Shown: positions 49,367 to 59,173 of the stretch, one piece after another
Layout of the letters: every line of letters begins with the position of its first letter
Position numbering within the stretch: the stretch's first letter is position 1
From: Myxococcales bacterium
GTDB lineage: Bacteria; Myxococcota_A; Polyangia; Polyangiales; Polyangiaceae
Assembly (NCBI GenBank): GCA_043747615.1
Contig: JAYTOU010000031.1
Location: 64,001-128,000 of the forward strand
DNA length: 64,000 nucleotides
Reading direction: 5' to 3'
Notes under the pieces: model-generated
What the model was told of the DNA's origin: nothing
The model's database searches: none
The model's input: the letters and a program-made list of their open reading frames with translations, nothing else
Program-made: the position numbers and the translations under genes

Positions 49367-50836
49367 CTACTTGGGCGTGTCGCCGTCGACCCACGCCGTG
49401 AAGAGCCTTGCGCTCGGTGCGTCGAGTAGAATGTCGGGTGGCATTCGGCCTTCGCGGACCGCAGCCCGAACGAGCGTCGCTTGGCCCGCGAGCGCGCCAT
49501 ACGTGGAGAGATCGCGCGCGACTCCGTTGGCGTGGCAGCCAGCGCATCGCGCCTTGTAGAGGGGGGCGATGTCTTTTTCGTAGGAAGGGACGCGCCCGAT
49601 GGGTGAGCGGTACTCGAACTGAATCTTTCGCGTGAGCTCGCGATCGTTTCGGTCCCGCGCGACCACGTCGATGCGGTGACGGCCGAAGGAAAGTTCTTTG
49701 AGATCCGTGACGCGTCCGCCGTCGGCGCCCCAGCCCCATGGTGCCTCTTTTCGTGAAGAAAGAGGGTGGTTGTCGACTAAGAAGGAGACGCTCTTCAGCG
49801 CTCCCGCGCGGGAGGTGAGCATCTCGAGCTCGAGCCGCGTGTCGAACGCGACCGCTCCGTCCGTGATGCCCGAGGCGCGGAGGGTCTCTTCGACCTCTAG
49901 CCTGAAGGCGTCTCCTCGCTCGTCGATCACGAGTGCGATCGCGCCGGACTCGTCGTCTACCGCGATTCGCGCGTGAGGTCCGAACGCGAGGCCGCGGGCC
50001 AACGATTCCCATCGCTCGCCGTCGGTCCGCAGAATTTGCCCGCGCCAGCCGACCCAAGCCCAGCCGCCGCCGCCGCCGACCACGTCGGGGAGACCGTCCT
50101 CGATGTCGGCGTGAAAAATTCGGATGCGGTCGGGAGCGACGATCGTGATCCCACGTGCGGACGCCACCACGTTTCGGCGCGCATCGACGCTCGCGATCCC
50201 CCTGACCGCGCCGAGGTCCACGCCGGGCGCGGGATCGAGCCACGTCACGCCCGGATCATCTATGCGCATGCGACGAAGAGACGTACCGGTGCGCACCCAG
50301 GCTTCTCCTGGGATGCCGGTCGCCACGAGCTCCGAAATTTCCGCGCCGGCCTCCACGCTCAGCCACTTGCCTCGATGCCTAGCGTAGAGATCATTCGAGG
50401 TGGCCCAGAGAGCGTCGGCGCCGAGGTTCGCGAACGCGCGCGGAGAATTGATGAAGCTCGGCAAGCGGGCCCGACGAACGAGCCCGCCGTCGAACGACAC
50501 CGCACCGCCGCTTCCGAACCCGAGTGCTTGTCCGCTTCCGCGATCGCCGAACGCCGAGACGACGAGGGTCTCCCCGGTTTCGCCCGGCACGCGATCAACC
50601 AGTTGGGTGTGGCCCTCGACGTCCACCGCGAGGATGCGACCGTCGCTGAGGGCAATGAAGCCGCTGCCTTGTGGCGCGAGCCATGCGGCGACGGCGTGGG
50701 CACCTTCGGGTAGGTTCATGCGCTTGGCCACGACGGGAAGGTGAGGCGAAGGATGGACCGCGCGCTCCTCGATGGCGGCCGCACCTCCACACGCGGCCAG
50801 CGCAGGAAGGAGGAACGTGCAGAAGCGTGTCGTCAT
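49367..50836 (-). CDS. Lipoprotein with beta-propeller-like, Ig-like and C-terminal monoheme cytochrome domains
   Basis: LAAC lipobox; G.H.IDVVARD (Ig-like); PSYEKDIAP...CAGCH...MPP. Confidence 0.78.
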   Translation of the reverse strand: MTTRFCTFLLPALAACGGAAAIEERAVHPSPHLPVVAKRMNLPEGAHAVAAWLAPQGSGFIALSDGRILAVDVEGHTQLVDRVPGETGETLVVSAFGDRGSGQALGFGSGGAVSFDGGLVRRARLPSFINSPRAFANLGADALWATSNDLYARHRGKWLSVEAGAEISELVATGIPGEAWVRTGTSLRRMRIDDPGVTWLDPAPGVDLGAVRGIASVDARRNVVASARGITIVAPDRIRIFHADIEDGLPDVVGGGGGWAWVGWRGQILRTDGERWESLARGLAFGPHARIAVDDESGAIALVIDERGDAFRLEVEETLRASGITDGAVAFDTRLELEMLTSRAGALKSVSFLVDNHPLSSRKEAPWGWGADGGRVTDLKELSFGRHRIDVVARDRNDRELTRKIQFEYRSPIGRVPSYEKDIAPLYKARCAGCHANGVARDLSTYGALAGQATLVRAAVREGRMPPDILLDAPSARLFTAWVDGDTPK

Positions 50837-53800
50837 CGAGCGTCCTCGATTCTAAAGCGGTAGGCGGCGCCGATCGAACCGCCGGCGCGACGACGACTCG
50901 ACGCGGGAGCGCCGACGAGGAGCCACGCCGCCGCTCCATGGCGCGAGACGGCAACGGACGAACCGAACGCGCTGCGCTCCGAAAGATTTCCTACCGCGGT
51001 CAACCACGGATCACCAAGGAGCACGCTGTCGGAGACGGCCCCCCCGCGCAGCACGCGCACTTCCCCGGCAAACGCTCCTTCGTCGGAGTCGTCGCTCCAG
51101 CCGATGGCGAGCTCCGCCACGTGGTCACCGGTCATATCGCCGAGAGCGATGGACGCGCCAAAGCCCCGCTCGACTCCGTTCGACGGAAGGATGCGCCGCG
51201 AAGGAGAGCCGAGCGTGTGCACCGCAAGAACGTTCCAGTCCTTCTCGGACCACAGCGTTCCGGTGTGCCCTTCGGGGCATACGTGGCGCGGGCAAAGGCT
51301 GGCGAGGAAGGCCCCGGAGATGATTTCGATCGCCGGACCGCGGAGTCCTCCGAATGCCAGATCGAGATCGCGATAGACGAGATCGGGGACGCCATCGCCC
51401 GTGAAGTCACCGCTACCCCGAGCGAGGCTTTGGCCCATCGTGGTGGGCGCCCCGCGGAGATCGAGCGTGTCGTCGGCGCGCTTGGTCGGGTCTCCGGCGA
51501 CGTTGTTGACGAGCGGGTGATCGTCCGGCACGAGGCGCAGAACGAACGGCGTGCGACGTCCTTGGCAGCGCGTGCCAGTCACGTCGTACCCGAAGGCGAC
51601 GAGGATCCCGGCCCGCGCCGGATTGCCAGGAATGAAATTCGATCGCGACATCGAAAGCGCGATCTCGTCACAGCCGTCGCGATCGAGATCGCCAATGGCG
51701 GCGACTGCCAACCCAACATGGACGGGATCGGCAGCCGTGGCGGGAGGCAGCGCGAATGCCCCGCGCACTCCCGACTGGCCGAGGTTGCACGCGATGACGG
51801 TCTTGCCGCCAGGATCGCGTTTGCGCCCGAGGACTACTTCGGCTCCACCTGACTCACGATTTCCGGGACGGCCGATGACGAGATCGTCTTTCTTGTCCCC
51901 GTTGACGTCGCCCGCTGCGATCGCGAATCCCGTGCGATTTTGCCAGTACTTTGGGCCACCGTCCTCGTGAGCGTTCTCGCGGGGCGCGGTGATCCGAAAT
52001 GTTTCCACGAGCGCGTCCTTCTCGGGCGAATAAATTCGTACGACGCCGCGCCCCGCGACGCTGGCAGGATTCGCTCCCTTCGCATCGAGCGCCAAGCATC
52101 CGTCCGGATCGACGAAATCCGCACCCGGTGGGCCACCGGCAGACTCGTTGGGATCGCCCACGGCGATGTCAGTTACGCCGTCGCCGTCGAAGTCGAGGCT
52201 GACGAGCGGGCCACCGCCGAGCTGCGCATTGTCGCGCTCGATCCAGGCGCGAGCGCTCGGTTTCGCAGGGTCGGTCGTGAAGAGATCGACCGTTCCGGTG
52301 CGGAGGCGCTCACCCGCCGGACGACCGCCGCTTGCTGGCGAATGCGCGCCCGGTGCCCCGACCACGGCGACGGGGTCTCCGGTGCGATCGAAGGCCGCAA
52401 AGGCGACCGCCGCCCCCGCGCGATCGCCGGCCCCAAAATTCGCGAGCGGAAGCGAGACGCGCTTCCCCCACCGCGCCGCGATGGGAGCTGGGCTCGGCGG
52501 CACGAAATCGATCGCCCCCACCAACGGACCCACCGCCGTCGTTCGCCATGGTGCGAGCACCGCGAGGCCTCCGACAGAGGATCCGTCGCCCACGCGGGTG
52601 ACGCGCATCCCTTCGAGATCGGAGCTTGCCGAGGCCAGCTCTGCGATCGGAGCGAGTGTGCCCTTCAGGATCTGAGGAACCGAAAAGACGAGGAGTGTGC
52701 CTGGCGCCGCATTGGCCGACACCGCGCCAACGACGAGCTCCGTTCCGGGGAGGGGATCGACGTTGCCGAGCGCTGCGCTCCGCCCAACCCCTCGATTTGC
52801 AGCGGCTCCGTAAAAATGGGCACTTGACGCGTTCGTCGTCAAAACGCGCACCCGATTTTTCTGAGGCAACGACCCGAGAGATCCTGGCGCGAACGTCCAC
52901 ATTCCGCCTGCTTGCGCGAGCGCGGCCCCGGTCGGCGCCTTCGACGTAAAGAACGGAGCGCGCACGAGAAGCACTGCCGGACCGTTCGCCGAATCGCGCA
53001 CGACGTCGAGCCCGCTCCCGAAGGCGGCATTGTCGACGCGGATTGATGGGTCCAGATGAATCGCCCATGTCGGAGTGTCTACAAATCTTCCATCGCCTCT
53101 CCCGCGGTAGACGAGGACCGAACCTTGCGAGCGGCCCGCGCTCGGAAACGAGGTTCCCGGTGCGCCGACCACGAGGTCGAGGTTCTTGTCATTGTCGAGA
53201 TCAATCACTGCCAGCGCGCGACCCGCGCCGAGTGGGGTGGGGCTGCACACCGTCGGTGCCTCCGCCAAATCCGAGAGCGGCTCGCGAACGTCGATGACCT
53301 GCGATGGAAACGCGGCCATCACTCCCCGCGCGCGCTTCTCGTTGTGGATGACGTAAACGCGTCCCCCTTCGCAGGCCGGGGCGAACGGATTTTTGGCGCC
53401 AGGAGCGCTGGCAATGATCTCCGGTGCGCCGTCTCCGTCGAGATCGGCGGCGATCACGGCAGAGCCGAAGCGGTGGTTCGGGCTCTCCCCGGCGAGGACG
53501 CGATCAGGCTCCTTTTCCAGGCCGTGTTTCGATCCGAGGTAAATCGAAACCGCACCGCGATCGTTCTCTCCGAGATCTTCTTCGGGCACGCCGGAGAGCA
53601 GGTCGTCGATGCCGTCGCCGTTCATGTCCGCCACCACGAGCGTCGTTCCGTGGTGGTCGCCCGCGTGATCGCCTTCGACCACGACCACGGGCTCGGCGAG
53701 CGTGCCCCCCTCTGTCCCGTAGGCGACGAGGATTCCGCCCGCTTCGAAGGCGATCTTGCTTCGCTCGGCGTGTCCGATGACGAGGTCCGGGCGGCCATCT

Positions 53801-54690
53801 CCGTTGAGGTCACCGCTTGCGAGATCACCGAGGCTTGTCTGCGTGCCGCGTACGATGGAGGGGGCGCCGAGCGTCTCGCCAATGATCACGCGCACGGTGG
53901 CCGTCTCGTGGGTGACGGCGTCGGTGACGGTGACGTCCGTTGCGCTGGAGTGCGCGTCGTCGGCCTCGAAGATCATTACGCCGTCCTCGAGCAGCACCTT
54001 CCCGGCGCTTGCCGTGCGCGCGTTGATGCTGCCCGATCCGCCGCGCCACTCGAGACGAATGCGCCCCCCTTGGGGCACGGCGACGATCGACGAGCGCGCG
54101 CGGAGGGGAGAGAGCTTTCCGATGGTGACCGTGAGCCGCGCTTCGCGTCCGGTGTACGCGTCGCGCGCTTCGACCTGGTAGGTGCCGTCGAGCACGCCTG
54201 CGGAGAACGTCCCTTGCGGGTCGATGCTGCCGACGACACCGCTCCCCGCCGGCCCATCGAGGACGCGGTAGACGACGGTTCCGAGAGCGCCGGTCGCCAC
54301 GAAGTGCACCGACCCGCCGTGCGGGAGCGCGACTGCGCGAGGCTCAACCTCGAACGGACCGACGACTTCGACGTCACCACGCGCTTCGACACCGCACATT
54401 CCATCACGCGCGATCGCCGTGAAGCGGGCCGCCCGAGCTCCGGCGCGCAGGCCTCCTCCGGGCTCGATATGTGCGCCGCGCGTCTCGCCCTCCAGCGCGA
54501 AGATCGCCGCGCCCGACCCACCGATTGCGTGGAGGCCGACGGCAGACGCCGTAGCAACGCGCACATTACCGGGCTCGATCCGAAGAGGAAGGCACCCGCC
54601 GCTCGACAGTGCGTCGGCGCGCGCGTGGTCGCTCACCACGACGAGAGACAGCAGACCCAGCGTCGCCGTGAGCGCCCGCAGATGCATCAT
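50833..54690 (-). CDS. Large secreted FG-GAP (integrin-alpha-like) repeat protein
   Basis: Many GDLNGDG.PDL..G / FG.AV / VGAP repeats after N-terminal Ig-like modules; about 1285 aa. Confidence 0.87.
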   Translation of the reverse strand: MMHLRALTATLGLLSLVVVSDHARADALSSGGCLPLRIEPGNVRVATASAVGLHAIGGSGAAIFALEGETRGAHIEPGGGLRAGARAARFTAIARDGMCGVEARGDVEVVGPFEVEPRAVALPHGGSVHFVATGALGTVVYRVLDGPAGSGVVGSIDPQGTFSAGVLDGTYQVEARDAYTGREARLTVTIGKLSPLRARSSIVAVPQGGRIRLEWRGGSGSINARTASAGKVLLEDGVMIFEADDAHSSATDVTVTDAVTHETATVRVIIGETLGAPSIVRGTQTSLGDLASGDLNGDGRPDLVIGHAERSKIAFEAGGILVAYGTEGGTLAEPVVVVEGDHAGDHHGTTLVVADMNGDGIDDLLSGVPEEDLGENDRGAVSIYLGSKHGLEKEPDRVLAGESPNHRFGSAVIAADLDGDGAPEIIASAPGAKNPFAPACEGGRVYVIHNEKRARGVMAAFPSQVIDVREPLSDLAEAPTVCSPTPLGAGRALAVIDLDNDKNLDLVVGAPGTSFPSAGRSQGSVLVYRGRGDGRFVDTPTWAIHLDPSIRVDNAAFGSGLDVVRDSANGPAVLLVRAPFFTSKAPTGAALAQAGGMWTFAPGSLGSLPQKNRVRVLTTNASSAHFYGAAANRGVGRSAALGNVDPLPGTELVVGAVSANAAPGTLLVFSVPQILKGTLAPIAELASASSDLEGMRVTRVGDGSSVGGLAVLAPWRTTAVGPLVGAIDFVPPSPAPIAARWGKRVSLPLANFGAGDRAGAAVAFAAFDRTGDPVAVVGAPGAHSPASGGRPAGERLRTGTVDLFTTDPAKPSARAWIERDNAQLGGGPLVSLDFDGDGVTDIAVGDPNESAGGPPGADFVDPDGCLALDAKGANPASVAGRGVVRIYSPEKDALVETFRITAPRENAHEDGGPKYWQNRTGFAIAAGDVNGDKKDDLVIGRPGNRESGGAEVVLGRKRDPGGKTVIACNLGQSGVRGAFALPPATAADPVHVGLAVAAIGDLDRDGCDEIALSMSRSNFIPGNPARAGILVAFGYDVTGTRCQGRRTPFVLRLVPDDHPLVNNVAGDPTKRADDTLDLRGAPTTMGQSLARGSGDFTGDGVPDLVYRDLDLAFGGLRGPAIEIISGAFLASLCPRHVCPEGHTGTLWSEKDWNVLAVHTLGSPSRRILPSNGVERGFGASIALGDMTGDHVAELAIGWSDDSDEGAFAGEVRVLRGGAVSDSVLLGDPWLTAVGNLSERSAFGSSVAVSRHGAAAWLLVGAPASSRRRAGGSIGAAYRFRIEDAR

Positions 54691-56123
54691 GCTCCCGGAC
54701 GGAGGAGCGCCTGGAGAGGCCTCACGCGCAGGATGTAAGGATCGAGTCCCGCGCTCGCCAGCAATGTCGCTCCGATGTGCTCGGGCATGATGTTTTCTCC
54801 ACCGTCCTTCACGACTTGGCTGGCTTTGAAGTCGTAGCGTCCCGGTCCCATGCCCACGTCGCCCGAAGAGCCGACCACTTGATTGCCGATGATCCCCGCG
54901 CCGGCGATCAGGCACGAGCTGCACAGGTGGTGATCCCGCCCTCCAAATTGGTTGAAGAGCGGCGTGCGTGAAAATTCACTGAAGGCGACAATCGTCGTGT
55001 GATCGAGCCATTTTTGGCCGCCGACGCGCTGCAGCTCGGGTGGTGCGTCGGAGCGCGCCAGATCGTCGATGAGCGCGCTGAGCGCCGCGACTCCCGGGTA
55101 GAGTGCATCGGCGTGCACTTGATTGGTGCCGAAGTGAGTGTCCGTTCCGTTGCCGATCATGACCGACACGCATTGAGCGACCTGCTGCTTGATGGCCTGG
55201 GCGACGAAGGCCGCGCGCGCGCCTGGCGATCCTGCGTCCCCCTTCGGGAAGCCGTACTGAGCGCGGATCTGCTCGCTGCCGGGGTCGGTGCCGGTCGCAA
55301 ATCGAAATTTGCCGGCGAGCCGGGATGCGAGCGTGGAGCGTGCGGTGGCATCCGCGCCGCGCATCCGCGACAGGAGGCCACGCCGATCGTAGACGTTGAC
55401 GTCGCACGAAGCCGTGGTCTTCGCGTACGCGCTGAGCGCGTCTTCCACAGCGTCGCGTTCGAGGAGGTCTTTTCCTCGCTCGAGCACGAGGAGCATGTCG
55501 TCGATGCTGTCCACGCGCATGGCGTTGAACGTCCCGGGGTGACGATCGTTGTACGCCTCGACCCGCAGGGAGATCGCCGGCAAGGGAAGGGCGGAGCGCA
55601 TCTGGGCAGCTGCCTCCGTGGCGAGGCTCGTCCCGCGTGCAGTGAGCCCCACCGGAAACTTTCCTGTGAGAAAATAGCGGTACCCTACCTCGTGCCCGAG
55701 GGTGCCCATGTTGATTCCACGCACGATGGCGATGCGGCTCGCGTACGTCGAAAGCTTCGGTCCGAGCTGGCCCGGCTTTTCCGCCGCGGGACCGAACGTC
55801 AGGTTTCCGGCACGTACGAGCCGCGATGCGAAGCCGTTGTGACCTTCGAGATTTCCGTACCGCGTCTCCGTGAGCGTCGTGCTCCGATTCGAGTCGTCGA
55901 AGAGCTTGTCGTTCGCGTCGGGGTCGCGCGGATCCAAGAAAAGGAGCTGATCCCACCCGCCCGGGAAGTAGCAGAAGACGAACCTGCGGGTCGACGCCGA
56001 CGCCGCGCGCGCGATCTCCGGGAACCCGACGCGCGAGGCGAGTGCGAATGCAGAGAGCCCCATGACGCCGCGCAGTACGCTTCGCCGCGAAACCTCGCTC
56101 CGGCCGTTTTTGTCGCGCTTCAT
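54687..56123 (-). CDS. DUF1501-like Tat-exported protein (copy B)
   Basis: VSRRSVL signal, FPGGWD, DTH, FSEFSRTP...GRDHH, AGAGI.G. Confidence 0.85.
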   Translation of the reverse strand: MKRDKNGRSEVSRRSVLRGVMGLSAFALASRVGFPEIARAASASTRRFVFCYFPGGWDQLLFLDPRDPDANDKLFDDSNRSTTLTETRYGNLEGHNGFASRLVRAGNLTFGPAAEKPGQLGPKLSTYASRIAIVRGINMGTLGHEVGYRYFLTGKFPVGLTARGTSLATEAAAQMRSALPLPAISLRVEAYNDRHPGTFNAMRVDSIDDMLLVLERGKDLLERDAVEDALSAYAKTTASCDVNVYDRRGLLSRMRGADATARSTLASRLAGKFRFATGTDPGSEQIRAQYGFPKGDAGSPGARAAFVAQAIKQQVAQCVSVMIGNGTDTHFGTNQVHADALYPGVAALSALIDDLARSDAPPELQRVGGQKWLDHTTIVAFSEFSRTPLFNQFGGRDHHLCSSCLIAGAGIIGNQVVGSSGDVGMGPGRYDFKASQVVKDGGENIMPEHIGATLLASAGLDPYILRVRPLQALLRPGA

Positions 56124-56134
56124 TCGTCTCTCCC

Positions 56135-56896
56135 TCAGTACGTAAGGAACTGTGGATCGTTCGCCATTGCGATGCAGACCGCTCTCCACCCGTCCGCCGC
56201 CGTCGCCTGCGCGCGCACCGCGCCGCTCGTGTCCTTGCTCGGTCCCGCCGTCGACGCTCGCTCGAAGAGCGACACGAGGGGCATGAGCTGCGGGTCCGCG
56301 GGGCTCACGGCACGCCCCCAGAACCGAAGCGCGAGGTACGACATATTATTCCTGATGGCGGCCGCGTTGCTTCGAAGCGAATCGTTCGGCGCCGCGAAGA
56401 CGAGGAGCCTTCGCTGCCAGTGCTGAGCGAGATCGGATTCAACCGAAGCGCGGCACGCCACCCGCGACGCGTCGTTTGCAAGCTTCGCGAACGTCACCGC
56501 GGGATCGACGCTGGCGTTCGTCGACGTCACGTAGTCGGGGCGACCGAGCGTGGCAGCGAGCGCCTCGAGCATGTCCGCGTCGGGAAGCTGCGTGCTTCCA
56601 TTCGGGGAGTCCGGATCCGATACGCGCCGCGACGCCACCCACGTGAAGCCGGTGGCTGCGAGCAGTGACGCCCGCAGCTGGTCGACGCTGAGCCGCCGAC
56701 CGGCACGGCCTACGCGCTCGTTACCAGAGGCGACGTCGCCCATCGGAACAGGCGGATGTCCCTCGGGAAGAGGCGCGAGCTCCACCAGCGAAGCCTTGCC
56801 GGCCATCGCGCGCGCGGCGGGAAGCGACGTCGGGCCGCGGCTGCAGCCAAGGAGCGCAGCACACGAAACGCCTAAGAAATAGGGCGATCTGAGCAT
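56135..56896 (-). CDS. DUF1553/1587-like lipoprotein
   Basis: LLGC lipobox, LPEGHPP, RRLSVDQLRASL, C-terminal W.AVC.A....PQFLTY. Confidence 0.7.
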   Translation of the reverse strand: MLRSPYFLGVSCAALLGCSRGPTSLPAARAMAGKASLVELAPLPEGHPPVPMGDVASGNERVGRAGRRLSVDQLRASLLAATGFTWVASRRVSDPDSPNGSTQLPDADMLEALAATLGRPDYVTSTNASVDPAVTFAKLANDASRVACRASVESDLAQHWQRRLLVFAAPNDSLRSNAAAIRNNMSYLALRFWGRAVSPADPQLMPLVSLFERASTAGPSKDTSGAVRAQATAADGWRAVCIAMANDPQFLTY

Positions 56897-58947
56897 CAGT
56901 CGACCCGTCTGTAAGCGGGCGAGGTCACGATCGCGCGCACCAGCTCGCGGTAACTGTGATGACTCCCGTCGAAGCGGAGGACCAGATCGTCGAGTGTGCT
57001 TCCCATCTCGGCGTCGCTCATCGGACGCCCGAGGAGCTTCGTCCACGTGCTTCGCACCGTGCACTTCTGCAGCTCGCCCGACACGATCGCGCTCGCCACG
57101 AGACCGGCCGGCCCCTCGTCGATGTGGGTCTCTTCCTCCTTCGCGCGGTACAAATATCCGCGGAGCGTCCCGGCGTAGCGCGCGCCGTTCGCGTCGACCG
57201 TGTCGACCACGTACTGAGTGCGGCAGCGCGGCGTGCAGCCCTGACCGGTGAGGGCGCACTGCTGGCAATAGGGATCGAACGCCGGGAATTCACGAGGCGA
57301 AAGGTACTTCGCGCTGCGCTCGGCCCATCGCCCGAAATAGGCCGTCATCGGCTCGATCGCGGAGTGGCAGTTCTTGCAGCCACAGCGCCGGCCGAGGTTC
57401 GGTTCGCGCGTGCACGGATCGTCGGGCGAGGGGAGCGACGCGCTTCCGGGCGTGAAGGGTCGGCACATGAATGCCGAGCGAAATTGCGACACGCGCGCGC
57501 GCCACGTGGGGAACCGCCCCAAGTACGCGGGGGTGGTGAGCACGCCGGCATGCTCGGCGTCGCGGACGTACTCGTGAAATGCGAGATCGTCGTAGGCGAC
57601 GTTCGGAAGCGTGTCTTTCGGCGCGGGCGCTCCCAGCTCTAGCCCTTGAACCGAGGGGAGCTGGTTCTTGTAGAGGAACGCCAGCGGGCCGGTGACGAAG
57701 GATCTCCGTGTCGTGAAGATTTCGAAGTAGTCCTCGTTTCGCTGGATCACGGAGGACACGATGCGCAGGGGCTCCTCGTTCAGCGCGCTTCGGATCAGAT
57801 ACTCGGTGCGCGAGGGAAGGGGAGCGTTGAAGCCCACTGCGGGCATGCAGTAGAGCCCGCCTGGGCCGCACCCGCACGAGGAGTCACGGAGCGTGCTCCC
57901 GGCGCATGGCGAGCCGCTGTAGACGCTGCTCTCTCTTTCTTGCGCCTCGTACGCGCACGTTCGGATCTCCGTCGTCTTCGACCAGTAGTGCTTCATCCGC
58001 CGGAAACCTTCGCGACGCTCGCGAAACGCGTTCTCGGGATCGTTGGGCATGACGGCGTTCGTACATGCGTTGAGCACGCGATGAGGGTGCGACGCGGGGC
58101 AGTGCATTCCCAGGGGATCGAGCTCGTGCGGCTTCGCGTCAGGCCCCTTCTCCCTCATCGCCGCGTAAAATTCGGGCTTCTGCTTGTAGTCCGAAGCTCC
58201 GCGCTCCGCGTCGGACTTGCTCGAACAGAAGTTCGGGCAGTGCGTGCTGTCGTGGTACGGGAGCGGCACGGCGTCGGCGTCGTAGTAGCGATACGAGCGC
58301 TTCACGTTGTCCGAGCCCGTGACCGCGTACGAAAGAGCTTTCGCGGAGGGCGGCGGATACTCGAGCGTCGGATCGCAACCCTGCGAGCTCGAGCCGCGAA
58401 GAAGTCGTTCGATGTTTCCGTCGCCAAAGAAGACGAAGCCGTGCGGCGGCTTGCGCTTGCTCGGGAGCGTACCCTTTGGTGCCGGACCGTCCTCGAGCAA
58501 CGTAGGGTCCGGGGAAAATTGCCCTCCGATGCGCCGAGACGTCTTGTCGTCGAAGTCGGAGGCGACGATCGGCCCGCCTCTCACGTGAAAGCCATCGAGG
58601 TTCGGCCAGAGAAGCGCGCGATGCCAGCTCTCGACTTGCGTCAGAAATTCATCGGAGCGGAGCATTTCGTCGATCATCGAATCGGGGACGCCGTTCGCCG
58701 CTGCGACCCGCGTGAGCTCGTCCATCGAAGGGGGGCGGCCGCGCAGATCGAGGGAGAGCTGACGGAGGTAATGGGTCGGATCGGCGGTGCACGCAGGGCA
58801 TGCAGCCTGCGCGTTCGCGGGCGCAGCGGCGGGACGAGCCGCGATGGACGGTCCGGCATTTTCCGGGCTGCCCAATCCTCCTCCGCAGGACGCGGCGAGG
58901 ATGAGGCTGAGAGCGGCGACCGCTCCGTGGAAGTTGATCTGCGTCAC
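56896..58947 (-). CDS. DUF1549/1588/1585-like heme lipoprotein (copy B)
   Basis: YLRQLSLDLRGRPP, AGVLTTPAYL, CKNCHSAIEP, YRELVRAIVTSPAYR. Confidence 0.8.
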   Translation of the reverse strand: MTQINFHGAVAALSLILAASCGGGLGSPENAGPSIAARPAAAPANAQAACPACTADPTHYLRQLSLDLRGRPPSMDELTRVAAANGVPDSMIDEMLRSDEFLTQVESWHRALLWPNLDGFHVRGGPIVASDFDDKTSRRIGGQFSPDPTLLEDGPAPKGTLPSKRKPPHGFVFFGDGNIERLLRGSSSQGCDPTLEYPPPSAKALSYAVTGSDNVKRSYRYYDADAVPLPYHDSTHCPNFCSSKSDAERGASDYKQKPEFYAAMREKGPDAKPHELDPLGMHCPASHPHRVLNACTNAVMPNDPENAFRERREGFRRMKHYWSKTTEIRTCAYEAQERESSVYSGSPCAGSTLRDSSCGCGPGGLYCMPAVGFNAPLPSRTEYLIRSALNEEPLRIVSSVIQRNEDYFEIFTTRRSFVTGPLAFLYKNQLPSVQGLELGAPAPKDTLPNVAYDDLAFHEYVRDAEHAGVLTTPAYLGRFPTWRARVSQFRSAFMCRPFTPGSASLPSPDDPCTREPNLGRRCGCKNCHSAIEPMTAYFGRWAERSAKYLSPREFPAFDPYCQQCALTGQGCTPRCRTQYVVDTVDANGARYAGTLRGYLYRAKEEETHIDEGPAGLVASAIVSGELQKCTVRSTWTKLLGRPMSDAEMGSTLDDLVLRFDGSHHSYRELVRAIVTSPAYRRVD

Positions 58948-59087
58948 CTTGCAATCGTATCGACGAACGCTGTGGGCGAGGCATTCATTCTCAGGGGGGC
59001 TGCGTGACGCACAGATTCGCCGCTGCTTGGGTGACGCTTCCGGTCTCAGCGACCACGAGGAACACGCGCAGCAAATTCAGATCAAGT

Positions 59088-59173
59088 TCGATCGCATGAC
59101 CACTCCTCATGCAACGGTCGGCGCGATCGCGGATCTCGTGAAGAAGGGCCATGTCCGAGCCGCGCTCCGATGA
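59088..59173 (+). pseudogene. Possible aldo/keto reductase remnant
   Basis: FDRMTTPHATVGAIADLVKKGHVRA resembles the AKR segment D...PIEETVGAMAELVKEGKVR. Confidence 0.35.

Noticed and set aside
5323..56123. Window-wide sulfur-scavenging super-cluster (CDO, FGE-like, cys operon, DUF1501)
   Set aside because: The genes are tens of kb apart with unrelated operons between them, and I found no shared operator
53056..59007. Long plus-strand ORFs (53056-54738, 54999-56426, 57646-59007)
   Set aside because: Antisense shadows of motif-bearing minus-strand genes
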